Source: an uncultured bacterium
GTDB taxonomy: Bacteria; Krumholzibacteriota; Krumholzibacteriia; JACNKJ01
Direction of reading: 5' to 3'
Length of the DNA stretch: 64,000 nt
Assembly: GCA_963695095.1 (NCBI GenBank)
Contig: CAVOFT010000001.1
Coordinates: forward strand, 3,360,001 to 3,424,000
Shown: positions 51,378-61,628 of the stretch, piece by piece
Position numbering within the stretch: position 1 is the first letter of the stretch
Layout: each line of letters begins with the position of its first letter
Made by a program: the position numbers and the translations under genes
Notes under the pieces: model-generated
What the model saw: only the letters and a program-made list of their open reading frames with translations
Told to the model about the DNA's origin: nothing
The model's database searches: none

Positions 51378-51918
51378 GCGAGAAGACGGCGCGCCAGCTC
51401 CTCCAGGCTGATAACCGTCATGATCGGCTCGCCGCCCTCCTCGCGATGGCCGATAACGATGCCGGCCTCTGCGATGGGGTACAGATAGAAATCGCGATAG
51501 GCATAGCCCTGACAATCGATGGAGTCCGGGCCCGCATACACATTCTCGATCATCAAGTAGCGCCTGCCGGCCTCGACAGGGATTCGCCCGGTTGGACACT
51601 CGGTGATCTTCTCAATATAGAACGAGCTCGTCTTGAGGCGGAGCGAGTCACCCGCGCCTAGCTCCGTTCCTGGAAGGCAGGGGCGGCCCTTCCATTTCAG
51701 AGGGTCACATCATAGACCCTCATGGACGACTTGATCCTGGCCAACTCGTACTGCAGGGTGCCGCTGGCGCCGAAGCGCTCCCGCCGCTCCGCAAGCCACC
51801 GCCCGATCTCCTCGCGGGCGGTATCGTAATCCAGATTGCCCTGCGTGTCAGCCGCGGCGGAGCCGATCCCCGATAATGGCAGACCGGCTGCGATCAGGAT
51901 CGTGGCCAACACTCGCAT
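51269..51918 (-). CDS. Hypothetical secreted protein; frameshift near 51700
   Basis: MRVLATILIAAG..AAA signal; shifted frame LKWKGRPCLPGTE... runs into ORF 51269..51556; lower GC. Confidence 0.45.
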
Positions 51919-51926
51919 GAGCACTC

Positions 51927-52295
51927 CTAGCGGTCGGGCAAGTCCACCCAGACCACCTCGGTGGCCATGACGCGAGCGAAGCGGTCGCCGCGGGCGAGGA
52001 CGGCTTCCCACTCAGCTTGGGTGTAGACGAGGATCTCGGCCGGCACGGGCAGGGCGGTGACGTCCCAGTCGCGCCCGCGCTCGGTGAAAGGCCGCGGGCA
52101 GGTCCCGACTACGGCGACCAGATCGAGATCACTACCTACTCCCCAGTTGCCGGTGGCGTAGCTGCCGAAGTAGCCCAGCCGGCGCAACTCGGGCCGCGCG
52201 GCGGCTTGCTCAGCAGCCCAGACGCGCAGCGCGGCCTCGACCGCGCTACGATCCGGCCATCTGAGCACGGACGAACGCAATGATCTCACCGGCAT
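51927..52295 (-). CDS. Minimal nucleotidyltransferase (MNT)
   Basis: YFGSYATG.WGVGSDLDLV. Confidence 0.88.
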   Translation of the reverse strand: MPVRSLRSSVLRWPDRSAVEAALRVWAAEQAAARPELRRLGYFGSYATGNWGVGSDLDLVAVVGTCPRPFTERGRDWDVTALPVPAEILVYTQAEWEAVLARGDRFARVMATEVVWVDLPDR

Positions 52296-52635
52296 GAGAG
52301 ATAGCCTCACTGCTCTGGAGGGTGCCGTAGTGCTCGAAGGGGGCGCCCTCGGGGTGGCCGTTGGGGTAGCGGCTCGAGACGTAGAAATTGTCCAGGACCA
52401 TGCCGCGGTCGATCAGCGCTGTCGGTGGCGCCACCGGCAGCTCGCGCAGCAGACGAGCCACCACGTGTCCCCAGGCCTCCTGGCCATGGTGCAGGTGCAG
52501 CGCCTTGACCGCCTTCTCCGCCGCCTGCTGGGCAGCGAAGCAAGCCCAGTCGTGGTTGCCGTTGGCCTGGGCCAGACCGGCGACCTCAAGGTCCTTGTCC
52601 GCTTGAGCGAGCCAATCCCGGGCGCGGTTCGGCAT
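52246..52635 (-). CDS. HEPN domain protein
   Basis: WL.QA..DL..A, WACFAAQQAAEKAVKA, WGH, Y..SRYPNGH. Confidence 0.92.
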   Translation of the reverse strand: MPNRARDWLAQADKDLEVAGLAQANGNHDWACFAAQQAAEKAVKALHLHHGQEAWGHVVARLLRELPVAPPTALIDRGMVLDNFYVSSRYPNGHPEGAPFEHYGTLQSSEAISHAGEIIAFVRAQMAGS

Positions 52636-52843
52636 GGCGACTCCCCTCTACATTCTGGGTCCAGCATAGCGCCGATCGCGCTCCCGCGGCAAGCCGCTGC
52701 CTGTAGATCGCCGTTAGCGTCAATCAGCCCGTGTTCGGCAAGCCCGCCGCCGGCAGGGCGAGGCGCGCCGCATTCCTCGCAGCGGTAGACCACCACCTGG
52801 TAAGGCAGCTCGATTTGTACACGTGTACACTCCGCCATTGCGG

Positions 52844-53718
52844 CTAGCGGACCGGGCGCGGGCGCAGCGAATCCCAGGAGTAGAGCCCCACGGCCGCCCA
52901 GATCAGCGGGAAGCTGATCGCATGCGTGCGCGTGAAGGGCTCGCCGAAGGCGAGCACGGCGACGAGGAACTGCCCCGTCGGCGCCAGGTACTGCAGCATT
53001 CCCAAGGTGGAGAAGCGCAGGCGCCGCGCCGCGGCCACGAACCAGATCAGCGGCAGCGCGGTGACGATGCCCGCGGCCGCCAGCAGCCAGCTCGTGCCCG
53101 CGCCCGCGTGGCCGAAGGCCAGACGCCCCGCGCGGGCCAGCCAGAGCAGGTAGGCGAATGCCGCGGGCGCGAGCAGAAGCGTCTCCACGGTGAGACCGGC
53201 CACGGCCTCCGTGCGCAGGCGCCGGCGCAGGAAGCCGTAGATCGCGAAGCTGAAGGCCAGGGTGAGAGCCACCCAGGGCAGGTGCCCGTAGCCGATGCCG
53301 AGAACGGTGACGCCCACCCCCGCCAGCAGCAAGCTCGCGATCTGCAGGGGCCGGAAGCGCTCGCCGAGCAGGAGCGCCCCCAGCAGCACGTTGATCAGGG
53401 GGCCGATGAAGTAGCCGAAGCTGGCGTCGAGCAGCTTGCCCACGGCGATGGACCAGATGAAGATGAGCCAGTTGGCGGCGATGAGCACCGTGGTGATCGA
53501 GAGCCAGGCCAGGGTGCGCCGGTCGCGGGCCAGCGCGCGCAGCTCGGGCAGCTTCCCCGTGAACACCTGCAAGGCGAGCAGCAGCAGCGCCGACCAGAGC
53601 ACGCGGTGGGCGAGGATCTCCATCGACGCCACGCCGGGCAGGGCGTGGAAGTAGAAGGCCGCCAGCCCCCACCAGAGATAGGCCGCGATGGCGAAGGCCA
53701 CCCCGGCCCTGGCCCGGC

Positions 53719-53722
<4 letters not shown>
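52844..53722 (-). CDS. rarD: RarD EamA-family transporter
   Basis: [47 protein letters not shown] overlaps the glnS stop. Confidence 0.9.
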
Positions 53723-55395
<1,673 letters not shown>

Positions 55396-55453
55396 GCTTC
55401 TGCCCACTTTCCACGGTAGCCGGCGCCCCCGGGGGCGGGAGCGCGGAGGGCAC

Positions 55454-55482
55454 ATGCTAGGCCGAGAAGGGCCGGCTGGCAA
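55454..55482 (-). promoter_or_regulatory. Sigma-70-type promoter of glnS
   Basis: TTGCCA-N17-TAGCAT. Confidence 0.55.
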
Positions 55483-55560
55483 GCGGGCAGCGCCCGGCCG
55501 CCTCTTTCCAAGAGAGCCCCACCCGGGCTAGACTGCCCGGAGCGCGAAAGGAGCAGGCAG

Positions 55561-56295
55561 ATGGCGGCAAGGGAGGGCTTCGCCGGCCAGGGCTTCCAGT
55601 TCTGGACCGGCCGGCCGCTGGCGGGCAAGTACGAGGTGCGCGCGCGCCTGGGCGGCGGCTGGGAAGGCGAAGTCTACCTGGTCCGCGAGCGGGCCACGGG
55701 CATCGAGCGCGCGGCCAAGTTCTTCTACCCCGAGCGCAACCCGAAGGGCATTGCGCTGCGCCACTACGCCCGCCTGCTCCACCGCCTGCAGTACTGCCCG
55801 ATCCTGATTCGCTACCACACGCAGGAAGTGATCACCGTGCGCGGCGAGGCGATCAGCGTGCTCGTCTCCGACTTCGTCGAGGGGGATGGCCTGAGCGACT
55901 TCCTCAGCGCCCAGCCCGGCAAGCGGCTGGACCCCTTCGCGGCGCTCCACCTGCTGCACCGGCTCACCCGCGGCGTCGAGGACATCCACGCCGCCGGCGA
56001 GGTGCACGGCGACCTGCACGGCAACAACATCATCGTGCGCCGGCGCGGCCTCGGCTTCGACCTCAAGCTGATCGACCTCTACCCCCGCCGCGTCCCCCCG
56101 CGGCCCAAGATCAGCGACGACGTGCTCGACCTCGTGCGCCTGCTCTACGACATGGTGGGCGGCCGGGCGCGCTACGCCCGCCAGCCGGACGTGATCAAGG
56201 GCGTCTGCAAGGGCCTGCGCAAGGACCTCATCCTCGGCCAGTTCCGCACGGCGGAGCAGTTGCGGCGGCACCTGGAGACCTTGAGCTGGGGCTAG
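55561..56295 (+). CDS. Atypical Ser/Thr protein kinase, kinase domain only
   Basis: LGGGWEGEVY, AAKFF, VHGDLHGNNI, KLIDL. Confidence 0.8.
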   Translation: MAAREGFAGQGFQFWTGRPLAGKYEVRARLGGGWEGEVYLVRERATGIERAAKFFYPERNPKGIALRHYARLLHRLQYCPILIRYHTQEVITVRGEAISVLVSDFVEGDGLSDFLSAQPGKRLDPFAALHLLHRLTRGVEDIHAAGEVHGDLHGNNIIVRRRGLGFDLKLIDLYPRRVPPRPKISDDVLDLVRLLYDMVGGRARYARQPDVIKGVCKGLRKDLILGQFRTAEQLRRHLETLSWG

Positions 56296-57236
56296 TACAA
56301 GAACTTCCCGTGCCGGCGCCGCTGGCGGATCATGTTGCGCAGCTCCACGTCACCCGGAATCACCACGTCCGGGTTCTGCTTGAAGTCCAGCGCGCGGCTG
56401 CGGCCGCGGTAGCGCAGCGAGTTCAGGATGAGCTTGATCGTCTCCAGGCGGGCGAGGTGCTTGTCGTCCGAGCGCACCACGTACCAGGGCGTGCGCGCCG
56501 TGTGCGTCTGCTTGAGCAGGCGGAACTTGGCCTCGGTGAACTCGTCCCAGAGCTCCTGGGCCTGCAGGTCCACCTCGCTCAGCTTCCACTGGCGCAGCGC
56601 GTCGTTCTTGCGGCGCTGGAAGCGCCGCGCCTGCTCCTCCTGGGAAACCGAGAAGTAGAGCTTGAGCAGGAGGGTCTTGCCGTCGGCGATGAAGCTCTCC
56701 TCGTAGCCCACCACGTCGGCCATGAACTGCTGGTACTGGGCATCGGTGCAGAAGCCCATCACCGGCTCGACCATTGCCCGGTTGTACCAGCTGCGGTCGA
56801 AGAGCACGATCTCCCCCGCCGTGGGGAACTGCTCGATGTAGCGCTTCATGTGCAGCTCGGTGAGCTGGCGCGGGCTGGGCTTGCCCAGGGCCACCACCCG
56901 GTAGCGCTTCTCGTTCATGTAGCGGGTGACGCGGCGGATGGTGCCGCCCTTGCCCGAGGCGTCGCGGCCGTCCATGAGGACGATCATCTTGCCGCCCGTG
57001 CGCTCCAGGTGCTGCTGCAGCTTGACCAGCTCGGCCTGGTAGGGCTTCAGCTCCTCGCCCTGGTAGTGGGCGATGAGGGTCTCCTCGAGCAGCTTCGTGG
57101 CCTCGCGCGTGGGCAGCTGGTCGATGACCGCGCGCACGCGCTTCTTCAGCTTGGCCGCACCGTCCACGGGCACCCGCCCGGCGACCTCGTGCAGCCGGCG
57201 CCGCGCGCCCTGGCTCGGTTCCTTGCTGGCCGCCAT
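56292..57236 (-). CDS. ppk2: Polyphosphate kinase 2
   Basis: DGRDASGKGG, VVAL.KP, FDRSWYNRA.VE.VMGFC, WKLS, PWYVVRSDDK. Confidence 0.95.
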   Translation of the reverse strand: MAASKEPSQGARRRLHEVAGRVPVDGAAKLKKRVRAVIDQLPTREATKLLEETLIAHYQGEELKPYQAELVKLQQHLERTGGKMIVLMDGRDASGKGGTIRRVTRYMNEKRYRVVALGKPSPRQLTELHMKRYIEQFPTAGEIVLFDRSWYNRAMVEPVMGFCTDAQYQQFMADVVGYEESFIADGKTLLLKLYFSVSQEEQARRFQRRKNDALRQWKLSEVDLQAQELWDEFTEAKFRLLKQTHTARTPWYVVRSDDKHLARLETIKLILNSLRYRGRSRALDFKQNPDVVIPGDVELRNMIRQRRRHGKFLY

Positions 57237-57281
57237 GCGGCACCTCCCTGGGCGTGGCTGCCCGGCCGGCGCCGGGGCTGC

Positions 57282-57316
57282 AAAAAGCCGGCCTCCCGCC
57301 ACGGGCGGGAGGCCGG
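57282..57316 (-). terminator. Intrinsic terminator after the tRNA pair
   Basis: 13-bp stem ccggcctcccgcc / ggcgggaggccgg followed on minus by cttttt. Confidence 0.85.
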
Positions 57317-57321
57317 ACAGG

Positions 57322-57395
57322 TAGCCCCAAGGGGATTCGAACCCCTGTTGCCGGATCGAGAATCCGATGTCCTAACCGGGCTAGACGATGGGGCC
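57322..57395 (-). tRNA. tRNA-Glu (CTC)
   Basis: GGCCCCA/TGGGGCT acceptor stem, anticodon loop TTCTCGA, GGTTCGAATCC. Confidence 0.95.
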
Positions 57396-57427
57396 ACGCT
57401 CCTGCGTCCCGTCGGTCGCAGGAGAGG

Positions 57428-57498
57428 TTGCCCCGCAAGGATTCGAACCTCGATCAACGGAACCAGAATCCGTTGTCCTGCCGTTAGACGACGGGGCA
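57428..57498 (-). tRNA. tRNA-Gln (CTG)
   Basis: TGCCCCG/CGGGGCA acceptor stem, anticodon loop TTCTGGT, GGTTCGAATCC. Confidence 0.95.
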
Positions 57499-57510
57499 GC
57501 AACGGGGCGA

Positions 57511-57539
57511 AAAATAGCAGATCGCCCCGGGCCCTGCAA
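57511..57539 (-). promoter_or_regulatory. Sigma-70-type promoter of the tRNA pair
   Basis: TTGCAG-N17-TATTTT with TG extension. Confidence 0.55.
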
Positions 57540-57567
57540 GCCCCCCGGGCGTCCAAATCGGGCCCGG

Positions 57568-59073
57568 CTAGGCCGACGCCGCGCCCGCCCAGGCCCGCCC
57601 CCGCAGGCGGGCCAGCGTTTTTTCCCGGCCCAGCAACTCGCACATGCGAAAGATGTCCGGGCTCACGCCGCGGCCGCTGACGGCCACGCGCAGGGCGTGG
57701 ATCAGCTCGGCGGCGTCCAGGCCCGCTCCGGCGGCTTCCCCGCGCAGGGCGGCCTCGAGCGCCGGGGCGGCGAAGCCACCGGCCGGCAGGGCGGCGAAGC
57801 TGTCCGCCAGGGCGGGCAGGCGCGCGGCCGCGGCCCCGCTCAGGCGCTCGGCCACGGCGGCGGGATCGTACTCCGGAAACTCCCGGAAGAAGTGGGTGAG
57901 GCTCCAGGCGGCCTCGGGGAAGCTCTTCAAGCGCTTGCCGAGCAGCAGGATCATCGCCCCCAGCGCCTCGCGGACCTCGGGCAGGGGCGGCAGCTGCACC
58001 CCCGCGCGCTCCAGCTCGCGATAGGTGCCCAGGATCTTCTCGTCGCGGTCCAGGCGCGCGAAGTGCTCGCCGTTGAGCCAGGCGAGCTTGTCCGGGTCGA
58101 AGACGGCCGGGTTCGCGCCCACGCGCTTGAGGCTGAAGGCCTCCACCAGCCGCTTCGGCGTGAAGAACTCGGTCTTGCCGTCCAGGCTCCAGCCGAGCAG
58201 GGCGAGATAGTTGAGCATCGCCTGGGGCAGGACGCCCTGCCGCTCGAACTCCTGCACGCTGCTGGCGCCGTGGCGCTTGGACAGGCGCGTCTTGTCCGCG
58301 CCCAGGATCATCGGCAGGTGGGCGAACTTGGGCAGCGGGTAGCCGAGCGCGGCGTAGAGCAGGAGGTGCCGCGGCGTGTTGCTGATGTGGTCGTCGCCGC
58401 GGATCACGTGCGTGATGCCCATCGCATGGTCGTCCACCACCACGGCGAAGTTGTAGGTGGGCAGCCCGTCGCTCTTGAGCAGGACGAAGTCCTCGATCAC
58501 CGCGTGCTTGAAGACGCTGCGGCCGCGGATCTGGTCGTCGAGCACCACCTCGCCCTCGCCTTCCCGCGGCACGCGCAGGCGGATGGCGTGGGGCTCGCCC
58601 GCGGTCACGCGGGCGGCGGCTGAGGCGGGATCGAGCCGGCCGCAGCGGCCATCGTAGCCCTGGGCGTCATCGCCGGCGGCCTTCTGCTCCTCGCGCTGGG
58701 CGCTCAGGGTCTCGGCGCTGCAGAAGCAGGGATAGGCGCGGCCGCCGGCCAGCAGGGTCTCCGCCGCCGCGCGGTAGACGGCCCGCCGCTCGCTCTGGAA
58801 GTAGGGCCCGTGGGGCCCGCCCGCCTCGGGGCCTTCGTCCCAGTCCAGACCCAGCCACTGCATCGCCTGGAGAATGCCGCGCACGGACTCGTCGCTGCTG
58901 CGGGCGGCATCCGTGTCCTCGATGCGCAGGATGAAGCTGCCCTTCGCGTGCCGGGCGAAGAGCCAGTTGAAGAGCGCGGTGCGCGCCCCGCCCACGTGCA
59001 GGTGGCCGGTGGGACTCGGCGCGAAGCGGACGCGCACGGGGGCGCTCGTCGGCGGGGGCGGCGGCGTGCTCAT
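57568..59073 (-). CDS. gltX: Glutamate--tRNA ligase
   Basis: RVRFAPSPTGHLHVGG, LRIEDTD, PTYNFA..VDD, IRGDDH, LSKRHG. Confidence 0.97.
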   Translation of the reverse strand: MSTPPPPPTSAPVRVRFAPSPTGHLHVGGARTALFNWLFARHAKGSFILRIEDTDAARSSDESVRGILQAMQWLGLDWDEGPEAGGPHGPYFQSERRAVYRAAAETLLAGGRAYPCFCSAETLSAQREEQKAAGDDAQGYDGRCGRLDPASAAARVTAGEPHAIRLRVPREGEGEVVLDDQIRGRSVFKHAVIEDFVLLKSDGLPTYNFAVVVDDHAMGITHVIRGDDHISNTPRHLLLYAALGYPLPKFAHLPMILGADKTRLSKRHGASSVQEFERQGVLPQAMLNYLALLGWSLDGKTEFFTPKRLVEAFSLKRVGANPAVFDPDKLAWLNGEHFARLDRDEKILGTYRELERAGVQLPPLPEVREALGAMILLLGKRLKSFPEAAWSLTHFFREFPEYDPAAVAERLSGAAAARLPALADSFAALPAGGFAAPALEAALRGEAAGAGLDAAELIHALRVAVSGRGVSPDIFRMCELLGREKTLARLRGRAWAGAASA

Positions 59074-59103
59074 GCGAGGATGCGATCCTTTCCCAGGGCC
59101 CGG

Positions 59104-60135
59104 CTAGTGCGGGTCGTAGACGGCGACCAGATCGATCAGAGGCGTGCCGTAGCAGCGCTCGACGGCCGCCTCGAAGCTGAGCGCCGGGTCGGCCTCCATC
59201 GCGGCCACGGTCTCCTTGAAGGGTCCCAGCCCCTCGCCGATCATGATGTCGCGCACGAGGCGGAAGGCCCGCCAGTAGGCGACGCGGCTGGCCAGGCGCT
59301 CCTCTTCGAGGATGCCCGGCGTCTCCACCTCGCGCAGCATCAGCTCGCGGTCGCGGAAGATCTCCAGGTCGCGGATCATCGTCGCCTGGTCGATGGCCAG
59401 GTCGCGGTCCCTGAGCACGACCACCTGGCCCTCGAGAACGCTCCCCTCATCGCCGAAGAAGGCGCCGGCGCCGTAGAGGAACCAGTAGGGGATGCGATCC
59501 CCGGTGCGCCGGCGCAGCTGCCACTCCACGTAGTAGTGGGTGAGCGCCTGCTGGGCCATGCCCCGCGAGGTGATCACCGAGATGGGCTGCAGCACGACGC
59601 AGTCGTCCTGGACGTCGCCGGGCACCCACCAGGGCAGGCCCATCTCGCTGCCGTAGTGCGCGAGGTCCAGGGGCATCACCAGGGGGAAGGGCCCCTCGAT
59701 GTCCCAGCCCAGCCGCTCCTTGATGCCGAAGTAGGCGTAGTCGGCGAACTCGGCCATCACCAGGGCCACATCGCGGGGCACGTAGGGCCCGGCGTAGTGC
59801 AGGTCGACGAATTCCGTCACCACCTGCGTCTCGCTCACCTGCGGCCCCGGCCGCGGATCGCCCTCTTTCCAGAGGCGCAGGGTCTTGAAGCCGTAGCCGA
59901 AGGGCACGCGGTCGTCGGGGGTCCAGGCGCGCAGGCGCTCCTCGCTACCGGGAGCGTCCTCCGGCGGCAGCACGCCCTTGAAGCGCAGGGTGACCCCGTC
60001 CTCGTTGACGAAGGTGCTGTCCACGACGACCGGGGCCGGCGGCTCGCCCTCCGGGTCCGGCACCGGGGGCGCCGCCGCGACGGGCAGCGCCAGCAACAGG
60101 GCCAGCGATGCGTAGAGCAGTCTGCGCCGCATCAT
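59104..60135 (-). CDS. Secreted hypothetical protein, possible degenerate MA-clan peptidase fold
   Basis: Signal peptide; LTHYYVE...IPYWFLYGAG resembles HExxH...P.WF.EG; ATGA overlap with ilvC. Confidence 0.6.
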   Translation of the reverse strand: MMRRRLLYASLALLLALPVAAAPPVPDPEGEPPAPVVVDSTFVNEDGVTLRFKGVLPPEDAPGSEERLRAWTPDDRVPFGYGFKTLRLWKEGDPRPGPQVSETQVVTEFVDLHYAGPYVPRDVALVMAEFADYAYFGIKERLGWDIEGPFPLVMPLDLAHYGSEMGLPWWVPGDVQDDCVVLQPISVITSRGMAQQALTHYYVEWQLRRRTGDRIPYWFLYGAGAFFGDEGSVLEGQVVVLRDRDLAIDQATMIRDLEIFRDRELMLREVETPGILEEERLASRVAYWRAFRLVRDIMIGEGLGPFKETVAAMEADPALSFEAAVERCYGTPLIDLVAVYDPH

Positions 60136-61148
60136 CCATCCTCCTCATTGTCGGTATCGAGCCAGGGCATCAGGGAGCGCACGCGCCGCCCGGCCGCTTC
60201 GATGGGGTGCGCGGCATCGGCGGCGCGCAGCGCGCGCAGGCGCGGAGCGCCGGCGGCGGCCTCGGCCACCCATTCGCGCGCGAAAGCGCCGGACTCGATC
60301 TCGCCCAGCAGCGTGGCCAGGCGCGCGCGCGCCGCGGCATCGACCACGCGCTTGCCGCGCGTGAGATCGCCGTAGAGGGCGGTACCGCTGATGTGGGCGC
60401 GCATGCCGTCGATTCCCTTCGCGTAGAGCAGGTCCGCCAGGATCTTCACCTCGTGCAGGCACTCGAAGTAGGCGATCTCCGGCGCGTAGCCGCGCCCCAC
60501 CAGCGTATCGAAGGCCGCGCGCACCAGCTCGCCGAGCCCACCGCAGAGCACCGCCTGTTCGCCGAAGAGGTCGCTGACCGCCTCCTCGCGAAAGCTCGTG
60601 GCCAGCGCCCCCGTGCGCAGGCAGCCGAGGGCCGCCGTATAGGCCAGCGCGGTCTGCCAGGCGCCGCCCGTGGCATCCTGGTGGACGGCGATCAGGGCCG
60701 CGGCCCCGTGGCCGGCGGCGTAGAGGCGGCGGACCATGCGCCCCTGCGCCTTCGGCGCCACGAGAAAGACGTCGATTCCCGGCCCCGGGTCAAGCAGGCC
60801 GAAGCCGACGGCGAAGCCGTGCGCGAAGCCGAGGGCTGCCCCGTCCCGCAGCTGGGGCCGGATCTCCGCGGCATAGAGCTGGGCCTGCGTTTCATCCGGG
60901 GTAAGAAGGAGGAGCACATCGGCTTGCGCGGCCGCCGCCGCAGGCGCGAGGACCTCGAACCCGGCCTCCCGGGCCGAGTTCCAGGACTCTCCGCCCGGCC
61001 GCGCCCCGATCAGCGGCGCCAGGCCCTCATCGCGGAGGTTGGCCGCCTGGGCCCGGCCCTGGTTGCCATAGCCGATCAGCGCGACGCGGCGGTCGGCCAG
61101 GCCCCCCGCGGGGGCGTCCCTCCAGTCGAAGATGCGGGCCATGGCCAC
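60132..61148 (-). CDS. ilvC: Ketol-acid reductoisomerase (class I)
   Basis: IGYGNQG.AQA.NLRD, PDE.Q, FAHGF, VAPK, DLFGEQAVLCGG, AYFECLHE. Confidence 0.95.
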   Translation of the reverse strand: MAMARIFDWRDAPAGGLADRRVALIGYGNQGRAQAANLRDEGLAPLIGARPGGESWNSAREAGFEVLAPAAAAAQADVLLLLTPDETQAQLYAAEIRPQLRDGAALGFAHGFAVGFGLLDPGPGIDVFLVAPKAQGRMVRRLYAAGHGAAALIAVHQDATGGAWQTALAYTAALGCLRTGALATSFREEAVSDLFGEQAVLCGGLGELVRAAFDTLVGRGYAPEIAYFECLHEVKILADLLYAKGIDGMRAHISGTALYGDLTRGKRVVDAAARARLATLLGEIESGAFAREWVAEAAAGAPRLRALRAADAAHPIEAAGRRVRSLMPWLDTDNEEDG

Positions 61149-61187
61149 GGTCTAGCAGATGGATCGCACACCCGCAAGGCCGGCCCC

Positions 61188-61216
61188 TTGACTTGGGCCA
61201 GGACCGGCATTAGCCT
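61188..61216 (+). promoter_or_regulatory. Sigma-70-type promoter of tRNA-Met
   Basis: TTGACT-N17-TAGCCT, 10 nt before the tRNA. Confidence 0.65.
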
Positions 61217-61226
61217 GTGCTCCGCT

Positions 61227-61300
61227 GGCGGCTTAGCTCAGTCGGTTAGAGCAGCGGAATCATAATCCGCGTGTCCGGGGTTCGAATCCCTGAGCCGCTA
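61227..61300 (+). tRNA. tRNA-Met (CAT), elongator type (Ile2 not excluded)
   Basis: GGCGGCT/AGCCGCT acceptor stem, GCGGA-ATCATAA-TCCGC anticodon arm; lacks initiator features. Confidence 0.9.
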
Positions 61301-61628
61301 CCTTCCCCGTCGAGATTGCTTGATTCGGACCTGGATTCCCGGGAGCGCCGGGGGCGCCGCCGGGATTCGCCGGCGCGACCCGGTCGGAGTCGCATAAGCG
61401 ACGCCAGGACAGTCACCTGCGCCGTTTCGCCGGGGGTGGGCAGGGGCCCGTCGCCGGCACTGACGCCGAGGGGCGGCCATTCCCTGCTAGCGATTCGGCC
61501 GTCCGAATCGCAAGGCGACTCTTGACCAAATTCAACTTCCGTTGCATTGTGGCCGCCGGCAGTCGCCACTTCCGCCATTCCCGCGCGGCGGCGGCCCGCA
61601 GGGCGGACATCCGTATTAAGGAGGAGAG

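Noticed and set aside
52640..52838. Small ORF MAECTRV...CEECG between rarD and HEPN
   Set aside because: Runs out of frame deep into the HEPN gene and across its likely promoter; single CxxC only
61300..61480. Integrative element at the tRNA-Met 3' end
   Set aside because: No integrase and no duplicated tRNA 3' end in the window
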